This document shows positions 1 through 9,262 of a DNA stretch of 64,000 bases, piece by piece. Position 1 is the first letter of the stretch, and each line of letters begins with the position of its first letter. The notes under the pieces were generated by a model. That model was given only the letters and a program-made list of their open reading frames with translations, searched no databases and had not been told where the DNA came from. A program made the translations under genes and the position numbers. This DNA comes from Dehalococcoidia bacterium. Lineage in GTDB: Bacteria > Chloroflexota > Dehalococcoidia > GIF9 > AB-539-J10. Location of the stretch: NCBI GenBank assembly GCA_030612025.1, contig JAUWOR010000003.1:64001-128000 (forward strand). The letters are read 5' to 3'.

Positions 1-102
1 AGCCTTCACTGCGCCCTCTTGGCGGCAAACACGCTTAGGGAGGCGATCAAGGACTATTTAGCTTTCAAGAACGAACCCTGGAAAAGAGTTTATAGAAGAT
101 GA
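1..102 (+). CDS. 3' end of IscU/NifU-N-type Fe-S scaffold protein (partial, runs off window)
   Basis: Frame 1 reads SLHCALLAANTLREAIKDYLAFKNEPWKRVYRR*; HCAxLA..L..AI.DY resembles the IscU C-terminus. Confidence 0.7.
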   Translation, partial: SLHCALLAANTLREAIKDYLAFKNEPWKRVYRR

Positions 103-213
103 AGGCCTCGAAGTATGATTCCTGGTTTGAAAATAAGGGAAAAAATTATCTCTCTATTAAATGTTGGTTTTATAAAGAAGGAACCAAAGCCATGAACCCT
201 AAGGATGTAACCC

Positions 214-354
214 ATGAGCGTAGAAGAGACACTAGCTGAACTTCAAGCTATCTTAGGTAAGGGATTGCATCCCACAGCAATCTCCAAGGTGAGAGAGGTT
301 CTGACTAAACTTAAAAGGGGACGATACTCAAGGCAACAAACGGCCCAAAAGTGA
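214..354 (+). CDS. possible 46-aa hypothetical protein
   Basis: ATG..TGA ORF MSVEETLAELQAILGKGLHPTAISKVREVLTKLKRG..., below track cutoff; no recognisable motif. Confidence 0.3.
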   Translation: MSVEETLAELQAILGKGLHPTAISKVREVLTKLKRGRYSRQQTAQK

Positions 355-397
355 TGCCCAAAAGAATATGAGAACCTGAGCTAGTAAATAGTGGAAT

Positions 398-592
398 TTA
401 AGATTTTTTTTGGATTATTACTGAGTGTTCCCTCAAGAAATCAACGCTCTTTAGTCTGCCTTTAATAAATTTCTCTGCTCCAAGCAAGGTGACGAGCAAA
501 AAACCATCTTTTTCGGCTTTAAGCTCGACTACATCCCGCATTACCTCTTCCCGCTGCCTCCCATCATCAAAGTAGATTGTGGCTATACACAT
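398..592 (-). CDS. cooT: CooT family nickel-binding protein
   Basis: 64 aa, starts MC, then ...LLGAEKFIKGRLKSVDFLREH pattern. Confidence 0.75.
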   Translation of the reverse strand: MCIATIYFDDGRQREEVMRDVVELKAEKDGFLLVTLLGAEKFIKGRLKSVDFLREHSVIIQKKS

Positions 593-683
593 ATTTTTAC
601 CTTGCCCCTTGTCACTGCAAGGTTAATTTTATTCGATACAGCTCCTTCTTTGCAAATTTCATTTGTTAGGCAAATTTTAAATT

Positions 684-1034
684 TCATGGCGGGTATAGAG
701 TTTTAACTTCCTCCTTTACTTTCTTAAGGCTAATCCGCTCTTTCTCGATATCCTCCGGCTTACTTATACCTAAATTTTTCATTTCTTCTAGAACTTTGCT
801 TGCAACCTCAGTCCGATGAATCCAATTACAGTCTTCGCATGACCAAATTGCACCCCTAATCCATTTGCCTCCTATAGATTCGTCTCCACAAGGATAAAAG
901 GGACAATAACAGAAAGTACAATCTTCTAAATCATTATGGTGACAGGAAGAATAATACTTGCAACTTTTATCAATTCCCAAAAGCTCACCTTTCTCTAATA
1001 TTTTGTCAAAGTGTCTTTTAGCAAATGATTGCAT
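684..1034 (-). CDS. cysteine-rich small domain (zf-like) protein
   Basis: CKYYSSCH...DCTFCYCPFYPC...WSCEDCNWIH. Confidence 0.8.
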   Translation of the reverse strand: MQSFAKRHFDKILEKGELLGIDKSCKYYSSCHHNDLEDCTFCYCPFYPCGDESIGGKWIRGAIWSCEDCNWIHRTEVASKVLEEMKNLGISKPEDIEKERISLKKVKEEVKTLYPP

Positions 1035-1056
1035 AATTGTTCTCGTTTAGAATTCC

Positions 1057-1428
1057 TTACTCTCCTAACTTTTCGATTCTAGCCAAAATATTGTCAACTC
1101 TCCGGGATAATCCACTCACCTCTTCTTTTAATGATGCTGAAGAGAGAGGTTCCGGTCTTTGAGCCAAAATAGGCTGATAGAATGTATATCTATAGCCAAT
1201 CTCTGGAGCTTTCGCTCCGATGCTTTCACTTATTTTGTAGCCTGCCCAAGGATTCTGCCGGCAGCCAAAAGGCGAGGCTTTCCCTTCTGCCACTGCTCTA
1301 GCGAATTGCCCACAATTACCATACCCACAAAGGCCACAATTAAGCTTAGGCAAAGCTTCATAGATATTCCTTATTATTTTTTCCTTATTAGCGACTGCCA
1401 CCTTTTCATCCCCCTCATTGCAATTCAA
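1057..1428 (-). CDS. RnfB-N-type Fe-S domain protein with C-terminal coiled coil
   Basis: LPKLNCGLCGYGNC...C motif. Confidence 0.75.
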   Translation of the reverse strand: MNCNEGDEKVAVANKEKIIRNIYEALPKLNCGLCGYGNCGQFARAVAEGKASPFGCRQNPWAGYKISESIGAKAPEIGYRYTFYQPILAQRPEPLSSASLKEEVSGLSRRVDNILARIEKLGE

Positions 1429-1948
1429 TTAATAATTGAGATAGCCTTTCATTGGCTTTTTCCATCTCCTGCGCCGCCCGTAATATGCTACTATAAATTG
1501 GATCGGCTTCTGCATTCTTGGCATTCTCCGTCCATTTCCTAAATTTCTCGCTATCTTGTTTGTTATGCTCAATCCAAGAGGTTAAAAGCACTTTAAGCTT
1601 GCCCCTTTCATCAGTGGGGAAATTTTTGACAATACCTTCAACCATTGTCCGGATCGTATGTTCGGGAACTGCACCGAGGATTTCATCAACCTTCTCACCA
1701 CCAGCGAAATACATCTGCATGGGTATGCTCATAATCTGATATTTCGCTGCCGTTTGGGGATTCTCATCCACATTAATCATGCAGAACTTGAATCTGCCAT
1801 CATATTCCTCTGAGAGCTTCTCGTATATAGGTATAACCATCCTGCATGGACCACACCAAGGTGCCCAGAAATCAACCTCTGTGGGAAGGTCTGCTCTTAG
1901 AACCTCCTCGTCAAAATTTCGATCCGTGATGTCTATTATTTTACTCAT
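1415..1948 (-). CDS. trxA: thioredoxin with ~70-aa helical C-terminal extension
   Basis: DFWAPWCGPC; extension KLKVLLTSWIEHN... Confidence 0.85.
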   Translation of the reverse strand: MSKIIDITDRNFDEEVLRADLPTEVDFWAPWCGPCRMVIPIYEKLSEEYDGRFKFCMINVDENPQTAAKYQIMSIPMQMYFAGGEKVDEILGAVPEHTIRTMVEGIVKNFPTDERGKLKVLLTSWIEHNKQDSEKFRKWTENAKNAEADPIYSSILRAAQEMEKANERLSQLLIELQ

Positions 1949-1981
1949 ACTACCTCCTTTAAGTTGCTAATGTATCAAATC

Positions 1982-2479
1982 TTACCTTAACCTCAAAATC
2001 TTGAGCAATTCGGAGAGGCTCTTTATTACAAAGTCAGGCCTCTCTTCTTCATTGCTTATCGTTTCTTGGTAGCGGTTGTTCCACTTGAACCAGACGCTTT
2101 TCATACCAATTCTGTTTGCTCCGACAATATCTGCGTCAATCCTGTTGCCAACCATAATCGTGTTTTCGGCTTTGACCTTGAGTCTGTCCAATGCAGCCTC
2201 GAATATCTCCCTGGCTGGCTTCTCGATACCAATTTCCTCAGAGATTACTATTGCGTCAAAATAATCCCTCAAGCCACAAGCGGCTATAACTTTTCTCGCA
2301 CCAACGCTGTCAGCATTAGCTATAATAGCAATCTTGTATTCACCTTTTCTGATGGTCTCCAAGACCTCGATTACACCCTCGACGACCTCAGCAGTAATAG
2401 CTTGCCCAGAGCTATTGTGAATAATGGTTTCTTCAGCAATCAAGGTATCCCCTAGGTCAAAGCAAACAGCTTCGATCAT
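1982..2479 (-). CDS. HAD-family hydrolase
   Basis: FDLGDTL motif I, EKP, MVGNRIDADIVGA. Confidence 0.85.
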   Translation of the reverse strand: MIEAVCFDLGDTLIAEETIIHNSSGQAITAEVVEGVIEVLETIRKGEYKIAIIANADSVGARKVIAACGLRDYFDAIVISEEIGIEKPAREIFEAALDRLKVKAENTIMVGNRIDADIVGANRIGMKSVWFKWNNRYQETISNEEERPDFVIKSLSELLKILRLR

Positions 2480-2547
2480 AAACTTATACCCATATCCCTA
2501 ATATTTACAATGAGCAGCAACTTTTATGTCTCCTCCTTTTTATTTCA

Positions 2548-3072
2548 TCACTTTTTCCTGAAATTTAAGATTTGGCCCCCTTCGCGATCCTTATTATCAT
2601 GAATAAGCGTCTCGGAATGTTCCTCTTCCAAATAAAAGTTTGCATTTTTTATTTCATCTTTAGCCTCTGATTCCATGTGCTTTGGCCAAACCGAAATAAA
2701 GGCAGAAAGTTTCATCACCCTATGGATTTCATTTAGCAAGCTTCTTCTATCCTCTACTTGCGGAAAATAGTAGGAGTGAAAGACGTCGAAAAAGAGAACT
2801 ACGTCCACAGACTCGTCAGTTAAATCAATTCTTGGCTCTCCTGACGTGTCCATTCTTTCTATGTTTTTTAAGCCTGCTAATTTAGCCTTTTGCATCAGCT
2901 CGTCCAAAACCTTCTTATCTTTGTCTAAGGCGTATACTCTCCCTTGCTCAGCAACTATTTTGGCAGCCGGAATGCTGTACGTGCCAGACCCACAGCCAAA
3001 ATCCAACACAATTTGGCCTCTGTTAATGCCTAATCTTTCTAATACCTCAAAGGCTTGTGATTCTAACTCCAT
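2548..3072 (-). CDS. class I SAM-dependent methyltransferase
   Basis: VLDFGCGSG motif I. Confidence 0.85.
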   Translation of the reverse strand: MELESQAFEVLERLGINRGQIVLDFGCGSGTYSIPAAKIVAEQGRVYALDKDKKVLDELMQKAKLAGLKNIERMDTSGEPRIDLTDESVDVVLFFDVFHSYYFPQVEDRRSLLNEIHRVMKLSAFISVWPKHMESEAKDEIKNANFYLEEEHSETLIHDNKDREGGQILNFRKK

Positions 3073-3107
3073 TTTCTCATGCCTAAGGATAATGTGAATC
3101 TACGTTC

Positions 3108-4025
3108 TTAGCTTCTCTCCTGAAGGTATTTGAAAGCGGACATGGCAGCAGTGGCGCCATCCCCAACAGCAGCAGCAATCTGGCGTGCCGAGTTCTTGCG
3201 TATGTCGCCGGCAGCGAAGATACCAGGAGCAGAGGTAGCCATTGTCTCATCAGTAATGATATATCCGACATCGTCAAGCTTCACGGTGTTGGAAAAGCAC
3301 TGGCTATTGGGTGTAAGCCCTACGGCAACAAAGACACCAGCCACCTCTAAGGTCGAAAAGTTGTGGGTTTTCACGTTGCACAGCCTGAGCCCCTTCACTA
3401 GTTGCTCTCCCAAGATTTCTTCTACCACAGTGCTCCAAATGAACTCCAGCTTGGGCTGGGCAAAGGCTTGTTGCTGGAGGACTTGCCCTGCCCTAAGCTG
3501 GTCTCGCCGATGTATTACATAGACCTTCTTAGCATGCCGACTCAATTCCAGAGCATCGGTGATGGCGGTATCGCCCCCACCCACAACTGCCACCTCACGG
3601 TCACGAAAGAGAAACCCATCACAGGTGGCGCAATAGGAAACGCCATGCCCTGAGAGCCTCTCCTCGCCAATGGCTCCCAACTTACGATACTCGGAGCCGG
3701 CAGCGATGATTATGGACACAGCTTCAAAGCTGCCCTCAGTCGTAGAGACACCATAGGGTTGCCCCGGGGTAATCCCGGTAACCTCAGCAGTTACAACCTC
3801 CAGACCGTATTTGATTGCCTGTTGATGCATAAGCGAACTCAGCTCAGCGCCTGGGATACCCTCGGGAAAGCCGGGATAATTCTCTACTAATGCGGCATTC
3901 ACCACTTGGCCTCCAAACATCCCACGCTCGACCAGCAAGCTCTTAAGACCCGCCCGTGAGGCATACAGTCCTGCGGTAAACCCAGCAGGACCACCTCCAA
4001 CAATGACTACTTCATATTTTGCCAC
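3108..4025 (-). CDS. trxB: thioredoxin-disulfide reductase
   Basis: GGGPAG, CATCDG, GGGDTA, HRRD, FAAGD. Confidence 0.95.
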   Translation of the reverse strand: MAKYEVVIVGGGPAGFTAGLYASRAGLKSLLVERGMFGGQVVNAALVENYPGFPEGIPGAELSSLMHQQAIKYGLEVVTAEVTGITPGQPYGVSTTEGSFEAVSIIIAAGSEYRKLGAIGEERLSGHGVSYCATCDGFLFRDREVAVVGGGDTAITDALELSRHAKKVYVIHRRDQLRAGQVLQQQAFAQPKLEFIWSTVVEEILGEQLVKGLRLCNVKTHNFSTLEVAGVFVAVGLTPNSQCFSNTVKLDDVGYIITDETMATSAPGIFAAGDIRKNSARQIAAAVGDGATAAMSAFKYLQERS

Positions 4026-4046
4026 TGCTTACACCTGTTCCATAAT

Positions 4047-4313
4047 TTAGCTAGATGCCGGAGTTTCGCCTGGATGTAACCCGTGCCACTTAGCTATCAG
4101 CTCCTCGCGGCTTTCCACATGGTCTGGATCGGGCACAGCAGCATCTACCGGACATATCTCCGCACACTTAGGTGATTCGAAATTGCCCACGCATTCAGTG
4201 CACTTGTCAGGGTCGATTACATAGACCTCTTCCCCCTCCGAGATTGCTCCATTCTTGCACTCCGCTTCACAGGCACCGCAACTGATGCACTCCTCAGTAA
4301 TTTTGTAAGCCAT
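4047..4313 (-). CDS. 2[4Fe-4S] ferredoxin (YfhL-like)
   Basis: [11 protein letters not shown] and CTECVG...CAEICP. Confidence 0.9.
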   Translation of the reverse strand: MAYKITEECISCGACEAECKNGAISEGEEVYVIDPDKCTECVGNFESPKCAEICPVDAAVPDPDHVESREELIAKWHGLHPGETPASS

Positions 4314-4340
4314 CTATTAACCTCCCTCAATTTATTATCG

Positions 4341-4613
4341 TTACCTAATCACAGCGAGAATATCACTTCTCGAGATGATTAAATACTTTTTACCCTCGAA
4401 TTCAATCTCATCACCAGTAAATTTAGCGTAAACTATTGTATCCCCTATTTTAATTTTCTCAGCAAGCTCCTCATCAGTTCCAACCTCCACAACCTTGCCT
4501 CTCCTGGGTTTCTCCTTGGCAGTATCAGGAAGGATTATCCCTGCTTTGCTTTTACTTTCTGCAACTTCTTCCGGCTCAATTAAAACTCGGTCCTCAAATG
4601 GCTTGAGCTGCAT
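4341..4613 (-). CDS. groES: co-chaperonin GroES
   Basis: LKPFEDRV...GIILPDTAKEKP...DILAVI. Confidence 0.92.
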   Translation of the reverse strand: MQLKPFEDRVLIEPEEVAESKSKAGIILPDTAKEKPRRGKVVEVGTDEELAEKIKIGDTIVYAKFTGDEIEFEGKKYLIISRSDILAVIR

Positions 4614-4631
4614 CTTAAAAAACCTCCTTTC

Positions 4632-4880
4632 TTATTTGATACCCAGTAGTTTATCGATTTTCGCCTTATCAAAGCCGACAATCGGGTGATTGTTAATCAA
4701 GACGACAGGAACACCCATTATATTTCGACGCTTGAGCTCTCTAGCTCCCTCAGGGTCTTTTTCTACGTTTACCTCCCTGAATCTGAACCTCTTCTCCCTT
4801 AAATACTGTTTAACTGTGTTACACCAAGGGCATGAAGCTCCTGTAAGAATTATGATCCTTGGCTGACTAGAAGCAGGCAT
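4632..4880 (-). CDS. glutaredoxin/NrdH-like redoxin
   Basis: CPWC, GVPV, IVGFD. Confidence 0.85.
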   Translation of the reverse strand: MPASSQPRIIILTGASCPWCNTVKQYLREKRFRFREVNVEKDPEGARELKRRNIMGVPVVLINNHPIVGFDKAKIDKLLGIK

Positions 4881-4967
4881 AGATACCTCTTTATTGTTCT
4901 AAATGACTTGTAAGTTTTGGTGATGATTTTAGTAGGACACACTTTCGACACCACCTTTCGCGGTAGA

Positions 4968-5798
4968 TTAGCTTATCTTGTTTTGCCTCCCTTCGCCTCC
5001 TGTTTCAAGTCTCGAGAGCAGGAAATCTAAGACTTCCCCGATCTCCTGCGTTGATTTGCCTCCACATACTGGGCGCCCCTCGAAGCAAGCCTCAAAAATC
5101 TCCGGATCATACTGGATAGTTCCAATCACTGTAATGCCCCGCCTGCCCAGCTCCCCCACCAACTTCGATGCCATCTCATTCGAGGTTACCTTGTTGAGCA
5201 CAGCCCAGGTATTACTTACTCCACTCCCAGCAGCCAAGCTATTTACTCTTTCAGCAAGTGCTATAGATTCCCAAGAGGGCTCAACCACAGTCAGCACATC
5301 GTCTATACTTGTCTCCACACCTCTGCCAAAATGCTCCACTCCTGCCTCCATATCCACAATTGTTATCTCCTTATCTTTCAGGCGAAGTTTTTTCAAAAAC
5401 TCCCGACTCAATACCCCCATAGGGCAGGCACACCCCTCAAGCGATTGGAGTATCTTACCTATAGAGACAAACCTTATACCGTCCCTCTGCAAAATATGTG
5501 GATAGGGTATATCTTTGATAGATATCTCACGCTGCGCTAACACATTCATCTGGTGCTCTGATTCTCCAGGAGAGAATCCAGATTTCATTTGTCGCTGTAC
5601 TCTTTTCTTACCTCCTGCCAGTTCCATGAGAGGAGTAGGTGGGATGTCAAAACCTAGCAGCCGGTAGAGCCCCGAATTTGACTCGTCAGAATCAACGACG
5701 AGAACTTGGTAACTTCTGCCCCGAGCTCTGTTTGCTAGCAGGGTGACTATACTGCTTTTGCCGCTGCCACCCTTTCCACAAATCGAAATCTTCATCAT
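4968..5798 (-). CDS. cooC: CooC-type P-loop ATPase (Ni insertion family)
   Basis: GKGGSGKS, GCACP, DMEAGVEHFGRG. Confidence 0.85.
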   Translation of the reverse strand: MMKISICGKGGSGKSSIVTLLANRARGRSYQVLVVDSDESNSGLYRLLGFDIPPTPLMELAGGKKRVQRQMKSGFSPGESEHQMNVLAQREISIKDIPYPHILQRDGIRFVSIGKILQSLEGCACPMGVLSREFLKKLRLKDKEITIVDMEAGVEHFGRGVETSIDDVLTVVEPSWESIALAERVNSLAAGSGVSNTWAVLNKVTSNEMASKLVGELGRRGITVIGTIQYDPEIFEACFEGRPVCGGKSTQEIGEVLDFLLSRLETGGEGRQNKIS

Positions 5799-5817
5799 AT
5801 CATCTGCGAGCTAGCCT

Positions 5818-6075
5818 TTATTCCTCACCAAGGAGAGCTACCTTCCTGAATTCAGGTACCACTTCCTTGAGCTGATCCTCGAGTACCTCAGTCACTATCT
5901 CCTTAGTTGTTCGTGTCCTGTCTACATGGCAGGCAGAAGGGTTTGATAGTGGCCTATAATACTGCACTGTTACTATTCCCTGCTTCACGTCTCTTAACTG
6001 GACATCAGCCCCTCCCAGGCTTGGCTTTATCCTAGCTAACACGGCTTCTACTTCTTCCTTTAATCCTTGTTCCAT
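5818..6075 (-). CDS. NifU-C (Nfu)-like domain protein, only one Cys
   Basis: VEAVLARIKPSLGGADVQL...EDQLKEVVPE; CxxC reduced to SACH. Confidence 0.6.
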   Translation of the reverse strand: MEQGLKEEVEAVLARIKPSLGGADVQLRDVKQGIVTVQYYRPLSNPSACHVDRTRTTKEIVTEVLEDQLKEVVPEFRKVALLGEE

Positions 6076-6245
6076 TCTAAACTGCCAGTACTAAACTGGT
6101 TAGATATGTCCTTTATTTGGACAAAAACCCTGCTCACATTCAAACGCCATACTGTCATCCTTAGCAGATGACTTAAGCACATCGTAGTTGACTCGTTTCC
6201 CATCTTCCACTCTGCATTCTCACGCTGTTTGCACCTGCTTAGCTT

Positions 6246-6899
6246 TCAACAGCATTGCCACTTTGCCGCTTTAAGCAAGCGTAAGTGCCCCTTTAAGAAG
6301 AGTTCCTCCTCCAAGCCAGTGAATCCCTGCTTCGAGAGCATTCCCTTTAGGTCAAGCTTGAGAAATTCTAAAGCAAGCTGGCACTCCCCACGGATAAATG
6401 CCTGGCGAAGGGGAAACCATAACCTCTCCAGGTCGAATTCATTATAGTCTAGAATATAAAAGACTCCTCCAGACTTTAAGGCTCGGTAAGCATTGCTGAT
6501 AATCCCGACCTTCTGGGCATCCTCAAAGCCGTGCAAGACAAATGAGGTGAATACCTTGTCGAATTCATCCTGGTATGTCAAAGGTGTCTCAATTCGTTGC
6601 TCCCTAAACTCGACATTGGGATATGATTGGCAGTGTTTTCGAGACAAGCTCAGCATTTCCTTACTGATGTCAAGTCCCAGGATACTGCCCTCAGGGCCTA
6701 CCTTTTGGGCTATGAAGCAGTCGTTCCTGCCTGTCCCTGAACCGAGATCCAGAATAGATTGTCCAAGTTGAATATCCATCTTGTCAACGACCCTCTTAAT
6801 CAGAAAGGGATAATATCCTAGCGAGATCACGTTCATAAAAAGGTCATAGTGGCGGGCTTCCTCTGGCCTGACCTCTACTTTCGACCTTGGCGACGGCAA
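6246..6899 (-). CDS. class I SAM-dependent methyltransferase (UbiE-like)
   Basis: ILDLGSGTG, SFVLH; start moved to TTG at 6899 behind a GAGGTG RBS. Confidence 0.8.
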   Translation of the reverse strand: MPSPRSKVEVRPEEARHYDLFMNVISLGYYPFLIKRVVDKMDIQLGQSILDLGSGTGRNDCFIAQKVGPEGSILGLDISKEMLSLSRKHCQSYPNVEFREQRIETPLTYQDEFDKVFTSFVLHGFEDAQKVGIISNAYRALKSGGVFYILDYNEFDLERLWFPLRQAFIRGECQLALEFLKLDLKGMLSKQGFTGLEEELFLKGHLRLLKAAKWQCC

Positions 6900-6909
6900 A
6901 AATGCACCT

Positions 6910-7059
6910 CTAGCTAAGCATTGCCAGATACTCACTGGCGTACTTCCCGTTCTTAGCGCCCTCAAACATCTCACCTTTCTTTACCATTTGCAATGCCAGG
7001 TACTCGCTGGCAGCTATCCTGGCGCAGGCTCCCTCGGAGGCAGCAGTGATGATAATCAT
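6910..7059 (-). pseudogene. C-terminal remnant of a thioredoxin-reductase-like gene
   Basis: MIIITAASEGACARIAASEYLALQM... parallels the TrxB C-terminal helix (QIAAAVGDGATAAMSAFKYL at 3108..4025). Confidence 0.55.
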
Positions 7060-7119
7060 ATCTCTTTCTTCTATCGTATGCTTTCTTTCATTAGTTGGTG
7101 CATCATATATCCGTCCGGC

Positions 7120-7332
7120 TTAGAGCATCCTAATTGCCTTTAGCGGGCAAGACTCAACACATGTGCCACAATCCTGACAAAAGCCCGGAATGGGATAGGG
7201 CAAATCGTATGGCTCCTCTTGCCTCCAGAGCTTAGCGGGACATTCAAGAACAGCAGCGCAAACTCCTTTGTCGCATCTCTCCGGGTGGCACCTCTCATAA
7301 TCCACTGCACCCTTTAATTTTGGCTCCAACAT
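7120..7332 (-). CDS. small 4Fe-4S binding protein
   Basis: CHPERCDKGVC...CP and CQDCGTCVESCP; ATG at 7332. Confidence 0.75.
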   Translation of the reverse strand: MLEPKLKGAVDYERCHPERCDKGVCAAVLECPAKLWRQEEPYDLPYPIPGFCQDCGTCVESCPLKAIRML

Positions 7333-7345
7333 TTTTGTTTCCCAG

Positions 7346-7663
7346 CTAGAGCAGTGTCTCCACCTTAGGCCGAATCGCACTTTCGGGAACAGCACCAAGA
7401 CTGGAATCAATAAGCTGACCATTTTTGAAAAACAGCATCAAGGGAATGCTCATAACCTGATATCTTATGACCGTCTGAGGGTTCTCATCTAGGTTAAGCT
7501 TACAGAACTTGAATTTTCCATTATATTCCTTCGACAGCTTCTCAATTATCGGAGCAACCACAAAGCATCGCCCATACCACGGGCCCCAAAAATCTACCAC
7601 TACAGGCAGCTCAGATTTCAGAACCTCGTCCTCGAAATTCTGATCCGTGGGCTACTCTGGCAC
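7346..7663 (-). pseudogene. degenerate thioredoxin
   Basis: TDQNFEDEVLKSELPVVVDFWGPWYGRC: first Cys is Tyr, and an in-frame TAG lies at 7652-7654. Confidence 0.7.
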
Positions 7664-7720
7664 TCCTCCTATGGGGAAAGTGGTTATTTTTGTCGCCAGC
7701 ACATCCACCAAAGTAAGAAA

Positions 7721-8140
7721 CTACCTTTTCTCCTCCTTACATTTATGGCAATAACCCTCCAGGTACAACTCAATTCTGGTAACACAGAAGTCGTTTTTGT
7801 GTTGCACCTCTGCTACCAATTCACGAATCAAGGGGCTTTCAAACTCAATGACTCGCCTACAGCCTCGGCATACTAGATGCTGATGTTCTCCTAAGCGCTT
7901 CATCTCATAACTACAACGAACCTGACCTAGATGCCTTTCCTCTATCAAGCCTTGTTCCTTAAATAAGCGTAAACTACGGTAAACTGTAGCAAGGCTAATA
8001 CTAGCGTCTTTCTCGATAGCTCGGCGATACAGTTCCTTAGCATCTAAATGCGTTCCAGCTTCTCGTATAGTAGAAAGGAGAAGACTTCGCTGTGGTGTAA
8101 GTGGGCGGATATTGCTGAGATTGTTGCGATTGATTCTCAT
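7721..8140 (-). CDS. Fur family transcriptional regulator
   Basis: LTPQR, SLATVYRSL, HQHLVCRGC, CHKC. Confidence 0.92.
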   Translation of the reverse strand: MRINRNNLSNIRPLTPQRSLLLSTIREAGTHLDAKELYRRAIEKDASISLATVYRSLRLFKEQGLIEERHLGQVRCSYEMKRLGEHQHLVCRGCRRVIEFESPLIRELVAEVQHKNDFCVTRIELYLEGYCHKCKEEKR

Positions 8141-8178
8141 TATCACAACAGAATAGCAGCATCTCTACACTCTGTCAA
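8131..8178 (-). promoter_or_regulatory. sigma70 promoter with overlapping Fur-box-like operator
   Basis: Minus strand TTGACA-17-TATTCT (8178-8150), followed by TGATAATGAGAATCA (8145-8131), a 7-1-7 Fur-box-like site. Confidence 0.7.
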
Positions 8179-8334
8179 GTCGGGCCGACTAGACAGTATT
8201 TATTAACCCGCGCTTCTTTGAAACCATACACAATCTTATGATACACTACTGGAAGTGAGTCAAGGGCATTCAAAGAAGTATTTGCCTTTAGGATTTGCGT
8301 CTTTGGTTCTCCGCCATTGGCTTTCAGGCGAGCG

Positions 8335-9102
8335 ATGGATTCTGTTATCTACGGTCCAGTACCTTCGTGGCGACTAGGTAGATCATTAGGTATAGACCTT
8401 CTCTGTGCGCCAGGCAAAACCTGCTCTTTCGACTGCGTTTACTGCCAACTGGGCACAACTACCAGGCCGACCACTAAGCGAGCGGAATTTGTCTCAATCG
8501 GCAAATTAACTAAAGAGCTAGAGGAAATAAAGGATATAGCTGCTGATTATGTCACCTTCTCCGGGACAGGCGAGCCTACCCTAGCCAGCAATTTAGGGCA
8601 AGCCATCGAGATAGCCAAATCAATTTTGCCTCTCCCTGTAGCAGTCTTGACTAATTCTTCCTTAATGCCTAGAGAGGATGTGAGAGAAGACCTTGCCAAG
8701 GCGGACGTAGTGGTAGCTAAACTAGATGTCCACAACCAAGAGCTATTCAGACAAGTCAATAGGCCTATAGCTGACCTTATGCTTAGCGATATAATTGAAG
8801 GCATTAAGCTATTCAAAAACAAATTCCCTGGCAAGCTATGCCTTCAGGTAATGCTTATTGAGGCGAATAAAACTTTTGCCAGGGAAATAGCACAAATAGC
8901 AAGTTACCTGAGTCCTGACGAAGTGCAACTCAATACTCCTTTACGTCCTTGCGCTGTTAAGCCTCTAACACCATCACAAATGGCTTCTATCAAGAGTGCC
9001 TTTCATAATTTTGGGAACGTAGTAACAGTTTATGAAGCACCAAGGCCTGAAGTTAAGCCATTGAATTTGCGGGAAACCTTACGGCGAAGGCCAAAGCTTT
9101 GA
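8335..9102 (+). CDS. radical SAM protein
   Basis: YGPVPSWRLGRSLG, CSFDCVYC, SGTGEPTL. Confidence 0.9.
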   Translation: MDSVIYGPVPSWRLGRSLGIDLLCAPGKTCSFDCVYCQLGTTTRPTTKRAEFVSIGKLTKELEEIKDIAADYVTFSGTGEPTLASNLGQAIEIAKSILPLPVAVLTNSSLMPREDVREDLAKADVVVAKLDVHNQELFRQVNRPIADLMLSDIIEGIKLFKNKFPGKLCLQVMLIEANKTFAREIAQIASYLSPDEVQLNTPLRPCAVKPLTPSQMASIKSAFHNFGNVVTVYEAPRPEVKPLNLRETLRRRPKL

Positions 9103-9130
9103 TTATAGTTGGTCTTAAAATCCCTTATAA

Positions 9131-9208
9131 TTCTCCCTCCCTTGGCGGGAGGGAGTTAGAGGGAGGGAGAATTCACCCTCACCTTAATCCTCTCTTGTAA
9201 GGAAGAAA
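9131..9208. repeat. REP-like palindrome, CCCTC..GAGGG family
   Basis: ctccctcccttggcgggagggag...tcaccctcaccttaatcctctc; related copies at 30083 and 42320. Confidence 0.7.
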
Positions 9209-9262
9209 AAATTCATTACATGAGAGGGGTTTTAGAAGAAGTTAGCTGGAAGACTATAAGTT

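Noticed and set aside
7652-7654. In-frame TAG as possible pyrrolysine or readthrough
   Set aside because: No pyl genes in window and the same gene also lost its catalytic Cys; decay is simpler
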